Part shown: positions 1-12,800 of the stretch, in pieces | How positions within the stretch are numbered: the first letter of the stretch is position 1 | Layout of the letters: each line of letters starts with the position of its first letter | DNA from: Pavona decussata | Taxonomy: Eukaryota | Assembly (NCBI GenBank): GCA_977016875.1 | Contig: CDRNST010000166.1 | Location: 2,046,001 to 2,110,000 of the forward strand | DNA length: 64,000 nt | Direction of reading: 5' to 3' | The notes under the pieces: generated by a model | Seen by the model: only the letters and a program-made list of their open reading frames with translations | The model's database searches: none | What the model was told of the DNA's origin: nothing | Translations under genes and position numbers: made by a program

Positions 1-237
1 TGTCTTTGATTGCGCTTTACAACAGTCTTTAGAAAACCGCCATAGCAAAGCAAAGCGGCTACAGCAGCAACTAAAGCCAAAATTTGAAATGATAGGCCCT
101 CGCTCCATTTGTCTCATCATGTATAATGTAGTTCAAAATCCTTACGTGGGACCATCCAAATGAAGGACTTTATAGCATGGTGGTGTTACTACACTCAAAT
201 CAAGCTATTGTGCAGCACTTTTACGTGGCGCTTTTTA

Positions 238-578
238 ATAGGGAACTTAAACAATGACGACGGCGATGGCAACGACAACGCCGCAAAACAAAAGGTTTAA
301 TGAGCAAAAACAATCGCTCTGCACGTGCATTTTAAATTTTGGTGCATTTCTTTGCCGTCCTGTACAAAACAACATTCTGAAATGACCAAATTCAGGAGAA
401 CGTGAACACAAGACGGTGAATATTTCATTTCTTTCTTAACTTAAACGCCACTCCTACCAATTTGGTTGTGGAAGTTGAACGAGTTGATATAACCACGAAG
501 TAGCACAGACAAAATAAAGTTACATTTTCAGCTGCCGTTTTCGTTGGCGTTGTCGTTGTCGCTGCTCAAGTTCCCTAT
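238..578. mobile_element. MITE with terminal inverted repeats, 50 nt downstream of the stop codon
   Basis: atagggaactt…aagttccctat, with the inner arms (gacggcgatggcaacgacaacgcc / ggcgttgtcgttgtcgctgc) also complementary. Confidence 0.8.
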
Positions 579-628
579 TTGCTATTTCGACTCATAATTT
601 TGCTAATTTTGACTCAATAGCACTGGGG

Positions 629-873
629 CTAAATGACTCGATCAGGTATTTCATCATACATGGAATCTCTCCGTTGTCCTTGTTCTAAGTCACCTATGAA
701 GGACCCGTCTTCAGCGAAGTAAGCTTGCTCCCCACCATACTCATCCAAACTGTCTTGAGATTCCTCCTCCAGCCTATCCTGAAGTGTCTTTTTCCACTGC
801 TCGCGTCGTTTGACGTCTATGGAGACAGACTGTTCAATTTCTTCCTGTCCCGTTTCCTTCTCGTGCTCTGTAA
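629..873 (-). CDS. Terminal cytoplasmic exon with L1-type DSLDEY…FAEDGSFIGDL and SMYDEI
   Basis: tttag|TT ACA GAG…, TAG stop at 629-631. Confidence 0.9.
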
Positions 874-3800
874 CTAAATAAAAGGGCAATGACAGTTTAT
901 TTCAGAGCCAATTAGGATAAAATAAACCACGGCATAACTGTTGAACGATCCACTACAAAAATAAACAAACCAATTCTTACACGCAGAAAACAAAATAACA
1001 ACAAAAACNNNNNNNNNNNNNNNNNNNNNNNNNNNNNNNNNNNNNNNNNNNNNNNNNNNNNNNNNNNNNNNNNNNNNNNNNNNNNNNNNNNNNNNNNNNN
1101 NNNNNNNNNNNNNNNNNNNNNNNNNNNNNNNNNNNNNNNNNNNNNNNNNCAATTCCACTTTTAGCAATATTTCTATACATATCGATAGGGTAAACCTTAA
1201 TGGACTAGCATCCCAACCGGAGATGGGGAGGGGGGGGGGGGGAGTAGCAATACTCCTAGTCGCTTCAGGTTGCAGAAACCGAGTTAAGTCCAGTGATCCG
1301 GACCACTTGGGCTCTTAGGGCGACTTCACCTTACTCTTTCTAGTAAACCACCGGCCTTCAAACATCCAACCATCGAATCATAAGTTCTTCTTACCTTTGA
1401 AATTGGAACTTCGTCGTCGCTTCCACCGTCTGTACAAGAGAACAATAATGATGACGAGAAGCGCGCAGGCGGACAGGATGATCAGTGAAATGAACCAGTC
1501 TGAGCTATAAACAGGGGCTTTGCCTTGCTGACCTGCAAATATCCCAACATACAGTAGTTAAACAACGTTCCGGTAAAAGGATTGAAAAATGTATTAATTC
1601 TGATAGATGATAAACGGTCGCCAACCTCATACACAAATTAAAGAGAAACGCTGTGTAGTTGCATGGTTAATACAGGTTGACCGTTTACCACAGGTTGCAC
1701 AGAATACATGTCAATCACAACAAAAACGCCACTTTATAAAAAAAATTGATAACTTAGTGTACAGTTTATGCTCAAAAGCGCACACAAAATCACATTTGGT
1801 TAAGAAACTGCAGTGATAAAATGTTATGGCGAAGGAGAACATGGTGTGAAAAAAAAGGAATAATTCCATTAACGCCAAGATCCTACAGTCAGTATTGCAG
1901 GTCAGAAATTGAATTACCTACTAGGTTATTTGTTACCGCATTTGAGTGGTTTCCCTTTACAACAGAAACAGCTCGCTGGAACTTAATAAAGGGTGACCGC
2001 GACCGCTTTATAGAGGTCAAATTACAATAATTAAGGGCAGTGATTTTCCGGATTTTGATAACTGACCGCATAATAGAGGGTGGCCGTTTGACACGGTGCC
2101 GCTTAATACAGGTCCGACTGTATTATTCGAGCACAATACGAAGAAATTACTTAAGTTGCTTTATATAAAACGCCCACGCAGGAAGTCTGATCGCTTGCTC
2201 GCGCTATATGATCCACGCAAATTTTATCAAAAGATTTGCGCGAAATGTTTGGTTAAAAACTTTCAATAGAAGCAAAGTTGCGATTTTCCTAATAAAACAA
2301 TGGTTGCCATTTCCTTTTCCAGCCTAGGAAACTACAATTTTTTAACAAATGGATAAGGGGGTTAGTTTTTAAAGAAACTATGGTGCCGCGTTGGTGGGGA
2401 GTAGAAACGAATGTTTGGTTTTATCAACGGAGTTGGTAACTAAAAAATTGGCCGCCACAAAGAGATTGGAGTGCTGACGTTTCGAGAGTTAGCCTTTCGT
2501 CTGAGCGAATCCATAATACAATTTTTTTAAAGGGAGGGGTTCACATTTCAGCGCATGCACATGAATCTGAATGCTTTTTTCTCTTTCTTATCAACTTTAT
2601 GGCCTTAAAAATCCCACTCACATGTACTTCAGCAATCACATTCTATAATTAGTCCGGCAAGCAAAATGACTGATGGCCAAAATTCACAGAAAATGCTAGC
2701 GGATTGTACTCATATTGTCGATATTGAATTTAGCGATGACCCGTTGGATTTATTCCACGGTTGATGTGTTTACAGTTATTTGCATGCAAAATAACGCAAT
2801 AATATGAAAAAATTACCACCCGAGTTACCTATTCCCTTCCGAATGGTTCATAAACAACGAATTTAATTAAACAGGCTTGGGTCATAGCGAGCAAAGGCAA
2901 AAAGTGTTTTGATTTATGGACATGCGCAGAACCGTGAACTCCTTCCTTTAAGCTTGGCCACGAACATTTCTTCCATTGGTTTCGAGATTTAACCACTTAC
3001 CGCTGACCACAGGTTCCTGCTCGGGTCTACCTTCCGTGACGTCACTCTCTGGACTTTCTCCTTCTTTGTTTTTACCAATAGTCTTGAATTCGTAAATCTC
3101 TGGCTCAAGATTGGTGACTTCTGTCTGTTGCGTGCTGAAGTGATCCACCCAGGCCGTTTCTTGGAATTCCCCTCCTCCCTCTGATTGTAAAAATAAACAG
3201 ACACGGTGACCAACAATGGATAAATATATAAATAAAAAAAAAATAACCAGATAACCAAATTAATGTATGAATAAATGAAGGATGGAGAAAAACTGGTACC
3301 AATTAAGGGCAATGATTCAATTTATGAAAGAAGGAACGTAGGGGCGGACGGACGGACGGACGGACGGATTAGTGGACGGATAATATATAAACAAGTGCAT
3401 GCATGAATGAATAAACGAATGAGTGAGTGAAGGAAGGAAGGAAGGAAGGAAGGAAGGAAGGAAGGAAGGAAGGAAGGATGGATGGAAGGTCGAAAGGAAT
3501 CAAGAAGGAAAGAAAGGAAAGAAATATAGGATACAGTTGTTAAATTTTCAATACCCTGAGCAGAATATCAAAACACTAGACCAAAATACAAGAAAGTACC
3601 AAAAATTTGCTCACCTTTCTTTCGATACAAAACTTTGAACTCATGGGTCCATCCTCCTCCGACAGCAAAGTGATAGATGACACTCATGGCGTCCTTCCCT
3701 GTTGCAACCACTGTAGGCTTCTCGGGTTTAGCAGGAGCTGACGAAATAAGACGATCAAAATCTTCAAATTCGGTGGTTAAAAGGATTCTTGCTATACGCC

Positions 3801-6800
3801 ACTCTTTCATATACTCTGCTACAAGATGGATCCATCTCTGAGATACGCACTTCTGTAAGATGAAGAAATCTTACAGAAGGACATCTCTCTTAGATGGTCA
3901 CTTTTCCTGAACATCCTAATCACTGTCGCGTGTTTACGTATCGCATGTAGCACTCATAAGCAAACCTTTAGAATAGAGCGCCATAAACAACTATTTAAAC
4001 ATCTCTCTCACACGGACATCTTAAGCATTACCGTTCCCCAGTCGACCTTCTCCGTCAAGGAGCCGCGAGTGACATGGGAGCGAGTCATGTCATCGCTCCC
4101 TCTTCTCACTCACCGTCTCCTCTTGAGAATAAGAAAGACGACTCGGAACGAATCAAGTCCCAAGCGTGTCGGGACGATTGAAGTCCCGTGCTAGTCTATT
4201 TAAGGGAACGATACCTTATAACCAAAACCTAGAGAACGTTTTCACAACTCTAGGTCATAAAAGGCTGCCAGATCATCCAAGATGATCCCCAGAAAATGAA
4301 AACAGCTGACGATTTCCAACATTGACGTACAAATTATTGGGAATTGCCGATGTTTTAGCGCTTGGGAGCAGTTTCAAAAGAAAGGTGCCAAAATGCAATG
4401 AATTCTCGAGATTTCTCTGCCATTGCCTCAAATGTGTGAAAACCAATTCCCAAATGACCATTTTTTTAAAAATGAAAATTTGTATAGCGCATAACTCCAT
4501 CACGAGATGATCAAATTCACTTTACAGTGTAGGGAAACTCTCCAGATCGAATTGGAATTTGGAACTGTTGTTTTTTTGAGGAGAGGAAACTGGGAGTACC
4601 CGGAGAAAAACCTCTCGGAGTAAGGACAAGAACCAACAACAAACTAGACCCACATATGAAGCCGGGAATCGAACCCGCGCCACATTGGTAAGAGGCGAGT
4701 GCTCTCACCACTGCACTATCCCTGTGCTTTGTCACTATACTGTGCACTCACCCGCTCTCTTGATAGTTCTTGTAGTCGTTTTGGCGCTCTTACCCCATCC
4801 CTTACTGGTTTCCGCTCTTACTTCCACTACATAGCTCTTCTCAGACTTCTTATTTCCCAGCAATTTCTTGAATACATTACGGCCCACTGTTTCCATAGAG
4901 AAAGGCACAATTTCTGGCAATGAACCATTGTACTCAGCAGAACCCACTTGGTAGTTTGTAATAATTCCATTGGGTTCTTTAGGTGGTTTCCACGTGACTA
5001 AGATGTACTCTCCAAACGCATCGGTTTGTACATCTGATGGTGGGCCAGGCTCTAGGAAATATGACGTGTTAGCAAACGTAAACAAACAATAATCATAATC
5101 CAAGATTATTACATGAGAATCAGTAAGAAATATTATGAGAGGGAAAAGAATGGAAATGACCGGCATTGCTGTATAATAACAATTATCTTAAACTGTCGCG
5201 CGAATTGAAAACTCATTTCATCGATATAGTATGACTATGGAAAATGAACGGCCGCTTTTGTTTAGCAGATCACAATTTGTTTGTTTGTTTGTTTGTTTTT
5301 TAAGGTTAGCTCACAGCTACGTAGACTGCTCGGCTTAGTTGGTATTTTGTAAATTATAAACTTGTATATCGAAACTCTACCAAAGCAACATACTTTTGTT
5401 TGCCTTTAAATGAAAGAAATTAAATAGGAATTTCATTGCTTGAATTCCAAACGATACATTCTTTGATGTGGTCAGACAGAAAGAAGAAACAATAATTTTT
5501 ATTTAATTAAAAAGAAGGACGAAAACAACAAAACAATTGTGCCTACATAATATATTTTCACGAGAAAATTCCTTTTTATTCCACCAAGGTCACTTGTTTA
5601 GGAGACAAAAAAGAAAAGAAACAGGAGGTACCCAGTGTTCTCAGGTGTGTGGAAACAAGAATTGATACCAAATATGATGCGATTCTGACCCAAAGTCTAG
5701 TTGTCATACGCACCCTTTTTGATCCACAAACACTTTTTGTCTAAAATAAAATTACCATCATGTTTATTCCATTGCGCTTATACCACACATTGACATTCAA
5801 ATCCTAGCAGTATGCAGGATGTTTGTTCCATGAATGTAGTTTAATGGCCTTAGCTCCCACGAGTCTCCTGTAGCTCAGTTGTAGAACATCCGAACTAATA
5901 ATTTGAAGGTCTTAGGTTCAACTCCTGGTAGGAGCACTCGGATTTCATTATTCCGAGTATGCCTGTGTCATTCACTGAAAAATAGACCATTCTCACTTTT
6001 TATCTTTTATTGGGAAACATTAGACACTTACCCCCTTCCAAAGTCTCAAACACTATGACAGAGCTCGCGGGGCCCTCCCCACCGGCGTTAAATGCCTTGA
6101 CGACCGCTTGGTAGTTGGTGTATGGTTTCAGTCCTGTCAGACTGGCCTGTTGAGTTTTGCCTCCCTTCACAGTGATAACATCCGCATTACTAGGAATGGC
6201 TTGTCTACGTCGGCGGGAACTAACGGAGCGGCTTTCTCCCCAGTAATAAATCTGACGAGATAGAATTAAAAGTGAAAAGCATTCAAACAAATTTCCTGTT
6301 AATTTTCTCTACAAGTTTACATGCAAAGCGATCAAGTTTTGGCAATTTTGACCACAGGTTTTTGGTGTTACCGTGGCTTTCATTTTGACGTTCCTCAATC
6401 TTTCCCTATACCGAAAGTGTAGCCAAACAAACGTTTCAAAGGGAATGAAGTAGGGTTTATTAAGATAGTTCCTTAACATCTCGCGTAACTAGAAAAAAGA
6501 GATTACTGTAGGATGCGTGAGCCATTGGGCCCTCGGTCATAAACATCTTGAAAACCACGCACTTTTTGTTTTAAAACTATTGTGGTACAGAAAATTCAAC
6601 AATGTTTAATTTACACATACCTTGTATCCATCCACGCTTCCTCTTGGAAGAGTTACTGGTTTCCAGGCCAGCGTGATGCTGCTTGCAGTTACAGCTCCCA
6701 CCTCAGTACTTTCAGGTTTCACAGCTGGTGCATTCTGACCCGAGTACGACTGTTTAATAGGACTTTCCGGTCCCAAACCTTCATGGTTACCTACACCAAT

Positions 6801-9800
6801 CTTGAACTCCCAGAGGTGGTAATATCCGGCATTGGTTACCGCAAACACATGTACGCGTGGATCACCTATCTTTTCTACCATCCACTCATTGGGGAAACCA
6901 AGGTTTACTTTTCTGTATTTCAGCATGTAGTAACATCCAGGGGCATTCCATTCTGCCGCTGACATCGGCTAGTAAAATAACAATGCCAACGATTAGATTC
7001 CTTGTGGTGAACTTATTTTAAAATGCATATTTGTAGTACCTAGTCGGCTATATACTGTTGCGAAATTTCTTATAAAAACTTCTATTGAGGTTGAAGGAAA
7101 GACCTAACCAGACCGAGAATCAATAATTTTGGACAGCTATACATTGCAAGAAAACACATGAGTCCAAGGTGAACGTTTTTACCTCTCTCGTGTGGTCAAA
7201 TTTCAAAAATGCTCTATGATAATTTATACAGTAACGAGGATTCTTCGCACATGACGCTTGCCTACGACCTATGGAAGGACTGACACGTCGTTATTTGGGG
7301 CGTCCAGCACGTGGCCAGCGCGTGGTCATTTCAGAGTACAAACACTGGCCGATGGAGCTTTGCTAACTGTCTTGTTACTTCGAGGACAAAAATAAAGAGA
7401 ACTGCTGGACTAAGCGTGACATGTTCTACACAAATTTGGCAGATAACTATGTATGCTTGAGAGGCACCTTGGAATTGAGAAAACGCTGTTGCTTCATTTG
7501 AAGTACAGAAAATTGTAGTTTTAGCGAATACGCGCGCGCAACCACCAATCTATGTCATAAATTAATGAACTAAATTAACAAGATACTTACAGTCCACGTA
7601 ATAGATAGCTCATTTGCCTTCTTGGGTGTTCCTCTTAAATTCATTGGGTATTTCTGAGGAACTGTTCGAAAGAATAAGGTGTTATAATGTGTTGCATTAA
7701 AATAAATAAAATAGCCACAAGGGCCCGGTTAGTCTGTACTTTAAATCGAGTTTAATAACCAATCAATAACAGTTTTTCCAAACGATTTTTGGCTATCCGT
7801 ATTTCTTTAAAATGTCTTTAGAATAAGCTTTTAAATCATTTTTAACGAGCTAGCTGAAACCTCCATTAACTTTCAATCGTGGATTAGAGTTAATCATCTT
7901 TCAAACTACCAGGTCCAGAAATTTGACCTAGTTAAAAACGTATATTGTAAAGACAACTTTAAAATCTTCTGGTTCAAGCATGGAACTTCGAGTATCTGTA
8001 CTGTAAAATGCAGCGGAATACAATGTATTTTATCGCAATGCAGACGAAGCAATGCTATGCAATGCAACGTACAGCAATAATTTAATTTGTTAACTCTTCT
8101 TGGAGTGGGTGACCACTTGACTGTCCCTTCCAAAGGGACTTTTTACGGTGATACTCAAAATTAAATGAAAAGACATGTACGTAAAAATACGACCGTTTCT
8201 TTATAGCTTCTGCCTTTTGAGAATTTTATCGGATTAAATTTGGGTATACCTTTTGTTATAATTTACTTTAATTAAAGTCCAAATAAATGATTAGTCTTTT
8301 AGCAAATGTTTCGATATTTTAATCATGTTAGCATCTGTTAAGTGCTATTGATAACTTCTTGGTAACTTTTGTGATGCTCTGCCGTTACGAAATTAGAACT
8401 TTTCACACTTTCTAAAAAGAATCACACTTTGAAATCAATGACGATGGCTGTTCGTTATTTTCGACGTAATTCGAAATCAATGTCACCTTGTAAGTTTGAC
8501 ACGTATGAATAAAGAGCTTTACAAAACTTTTACAATTTTTCAAAGTCGAAATATAAAACATCTCCGGATACACTAAACATCCTCCAATTTTAAGTGGTAT
8601 GGCTAAGAGGGGAGATCAGCTCCCTTGTGTTAGAAGACACGGTATGAATGTGTGAAACTTACCTCCAACAGGAGTAGTGCATACTCCTTCAGGCGTTGCT
8701 AAGCTGGGGCGACTTGGTCCAACCTTGTTTACTGCCCTTATACGGAAACGAAGAGTGGACCATCCAGGGAGGTCCAAGGACAATGACGTTGACGTGACAT
8801 TGTCGACGAGTTTGAAGACAAACGGATCATGATTTGTTTCCTGCTCAACCAGGTAATGTATAACACGTGCGTCATCGGACACAACAGGAGCCCACGAAAG
8901 GTTGGTGCGCCTGTTGTTGCAGTCTGTAATTTGAAGATCGGTTGGAGGTGATGGAACGCCTAAAAGGAGAAACAAAAAAAAACAAGGTTTACTTTAGTTG
9001 GCTTCGTCTGATTCTCAAGCGACCTTAGGTCGATAGTTCACCGATACATCGGACGATGTATGTCAACAATCGTTGCCATAATTATTATGAAACTATCAAA
9101 ATTGTCAGAAAGTTATCGTCCTTGGCAGCTGTGTCGGTCAGTTTGCTTGCAACGTCAGTCGCATGGTGATAGTTTCTACGTGATTATCACAGTAGATTTT
9201 AATTTTTTGGCTCGTGGATAGTCGTAGTTATAGAGGGAATTTCGTTACACTGCGGTTCGTTAAATCATGTTCTCACTCGTGCATTTTAAGTTGACCGAAC
9301 TTAATGACACCGTTCATTATACCGGTTTTACGGGGGACTTCATTATCCTGGAGTTCGTTATATCGGAATTTGACTTAGCCTCCTAACAGCAGACGTTCTT
9401 TGGTTTGTCACGGTGGAATGCGTGACGCGACGAGACAAAGAACTTCTGTGTATAAGGCTAGATTTCACAGTAATGAAAATCAATTGTGGGTTGTACCTTC
9501 AATTGAGACAATGGCAGACGCTCTGTCTTCTGATTCCCTGGGTTGTGGTGTAAACGCAATACATGTGTACACACCGGCATCTTCAAAACTAACGTCTGAT
9601 AGTTGTAACACTTTTCGTCCTTCCAGCCATTGAATGTTGGTATCGTCAGTGATATTAGAGATATCAACTCCGTCCCTTTTCCAAATGTACTTGAGTTCTA
9701 ACAAGGGATCGCCAGTGGCCATGCAGGGTAGATCCAAGCTCGTGCCCTTGATCACAGTTCTATTTTGTGGCTTGACCACAATCTGTGTTCTCTCTGTCAT

Positions 9801-12800
9801 GGAAAAACAACAGGAACAGAGATTTCAATCAGAGAGGGATGTACAACTGGCCCGGCATGGTAATGGCGGACAATGAAGCCGGGTACTGGATTATTGTTAT
9901 ATCCAGATCGAACAACATATTAAAACATGTTGCTTTCTGAACGTTTTCTTCACACTCAGACAAACGGAATGAAAAACAACTTAGCCCCTTTTTCAAGTCG
10001 ACTTTTGTGGTTATCACCACTTCGTGGAGGATGTTGTCTTATTTTGCGCGCAATGTATTTTATATTAACATTGAGGTTATTCTTAACGTCGATCACTGCT
10101 GTCTCCCGTGTCCCTAACCTTAATTCTCACTAAAACACACATAATTTTGTCAAACATGAAGTCATATGAAAAAGACAAAAAGGCCTGTTTTATATGAAGT
10201 ACCCAAATTCAGGGTTAGGTGCATTTTTGGACATAAGTGTCTCTCTAAACACGACTTGTTCACTTATCGTGCTACACAAGGCAGAAAAATAACGCTTAAC
10301 CGCATCACTGTATGGCGGACCAAAAATTTTATCCTACATGAGTAGTGAGTTAGTTGTGGACAATTATGGAAAGCAATTGGCTGCAGCCTTGAAGTAAAAC
10401 AGTTTGGGATTATTTGCATTTTTGGTTAATCAGAATTGAGTGCCATTTTCAAGTACATCCCAAAGACGGAAAATTTAGAGATATCCTTACCAAGCACAAT
10501 ACAATCAGCTGTTGCGTTTGTTTTTCCTAAGTAGTTTTGAGCTTCGCAAGTGTATTTGCCAGAATCACCAGCTCCAACTTTGAGGATCACTAGTGACCCA
10601 TCTGCGTCCATCATATAGCTTTCGTTCTTTCCATATTCGATAGCTACACCATCTTTGAACCATCTAAATCTTGGATAGGGTTCTGCCAAAGGTTTGCAAG
10701 GTAACCGTGCCTGGATACCCTTGAATAGGTAGAACGGTCCAAATGACACGAGTTCGAAGGAAGGCTTCGAGGCTGGGAAGAAAAAGACAATTGTCAAAAA
10801 ATTGCTGCCAAAGAGTTACCCTTCTCAGACTCATTACATTAATGCTTCACCAAAAGTGAACAAAGCGCTGTTTGGTTGTACTGAAACAGGAAGCTCTGAT
10901 ATAAAAGGTCCAGGACTAGCTATTCTAACCTGAAGTTATCAATCAACCATCAGAGTGTGAATACCCGTGAAGCAACTGCGTCTTTTCTATGACCATTGTT
11001 TTTTGAGGAATAAATCCTAATCAAGATTTTAAAAACGCAATATTTTATATTGCTCTAGTGATGTTTTGCTACTGCTTAGAAATTTCGAGGCATTTATTTC
11101 ATAGCGGAAGTCAACGTGTAATGACTAAAAGACAAGTCTTTTTTCGTTTCTTTCTACGCGTAGGTATGTTAACAAAGTGAGGGCGCGAAGAGGAACTAGT
11201 TTTAGCGATTGGAACTGTTGTCTTGAGAATAGGGCGGTTTCCAATTCAGTGTCGTAAAACCATAACCAAAGTAATTACTCTGACCAATCGTAACAGATGT
11301 AAACAGCACAATGAACCAATCAGAATTCGAAGCAAATACGCGTTACCGGCGTCAAGCGCGGGAAAGCGCGTGCGGCCAAAAAACGATTGGTTTTGGTTAG
11401 GATTTCCATTGGTTGAGAAAGTGGCGCAGGTTGCTTTTAACCAATCACAGAAAGTAGTAATGTAAAACCAAAACAATCGCGAAGTTACTTTCGACACTCC
11501 ATTGAAAACCGCTCTATGTCGGGACAAAGTATCATTTTTGATAGCAAGCAAGAATTTACCACTACATGTACTTGACTAATCAAACTCCGTATACCCTCAC
11601 GCAAAAAAGTAAATTGTGAAAATTCGATCGTGCTGGTAAATTCCATTTTGAGTAAAAGTGTATAAAAAAAACCTTAATCAGAACAGATTTGCCAATGTTG
11701 TTGGTATTGGTTGGGGTTCATGCGTTCATACATTCCCCAGGTTGTAATTTCCACCACAAGTTAACTGACTTGTAAAAGTGCCTTGAGCACTGACTTACCA
11801 TTAACCTCAATCCTCAACACAGCTTTTTTTCCATCCCCGGCACTGTTGAAGGGGACACACGAATACACACCACTTCCTTGAAGTTGAAGATGGTAAATAC
11901 CACTGGTATTACTACCAAGTAGTTCCTGGTCACGGTAGAATTTGTATCCATCGGCATCTGGATGCGAAAACGTTGTACAATTGAACTTGATGGAGCTGCC
12001 AAATTTAATAGGTTTGGTGATATCTGCGTTGACTGATAGCTTTGTCTTTTCAGGTTTGACTGGAAAATATCAAAGTAAAAAATATATTTAGGGAACTACA
12101 TTACTATTGAGAAAGTGTTTTGTCATTAAGTGGTAACCATATTGAACCTAAATACTGGCGTATAAATAACGTGATCACCACTGTTAAGGTCATCATCATC
12201 ATTATCATCTTCATCATAACAACGTGATACGTGAGATAAGGGGAAAAGAATCAGGACTTACAATGTACATCAAGATAACTGCTAGCATTTGCGGTTCTGT
12301 TTAAGCCATTCTCTGCTGAACACCAGTAATCTCCAGATTGGCTCCTGTGCGCTCGGAAATTTAACGTGTTTCCAGTACCTACAGTCATCCCATCTTTCAT
12401 CCATGATATCTTTGGATTAGGGTTACCAATGGCAGAACAATGAATTGTTGCTACGTTGCCTTCGATAACAGTCTGATAACTGGTCTGTATCGTCACGTCT
12501 GGTGAAACTAAAAAAAGTTACATTTACAATAATTAGTTGCTGGCATGACGAAAATTCGTAGAACGTGAGATTACGACTTAATTCCAACTGAACGACCAAA
12601 ATGTAGGTCCTTAAAACTGAGGGGAGTATATGGCCTCCTTAAATTATCATCTAGCTTTAGTAGAACCCTTTTTTCATTCTCAAATTTTGTTTACTGATGT
12701 CTAGGATAGAAATGGATATTGGGCGAAGGTCTTTCCTTGTCCTCTTAGCTATATAGATAAAATGGTTATTACTTATTGTTCAAATTCTTTCTTTGAAACT

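Noticed and set aside
632-643. C-terminal DRVI as a PDZ-binding motif
   Set aside because: Arg at position -2 fits none of the canonical classes.
5865-5937. Possible tRNA gene (also at about 4655-4725 and 52300-52372)
   Set aside because: A/B boxes are embedded in longer dispersed repeats with no clean cloverleaf; these are tRNA-derived repeats.
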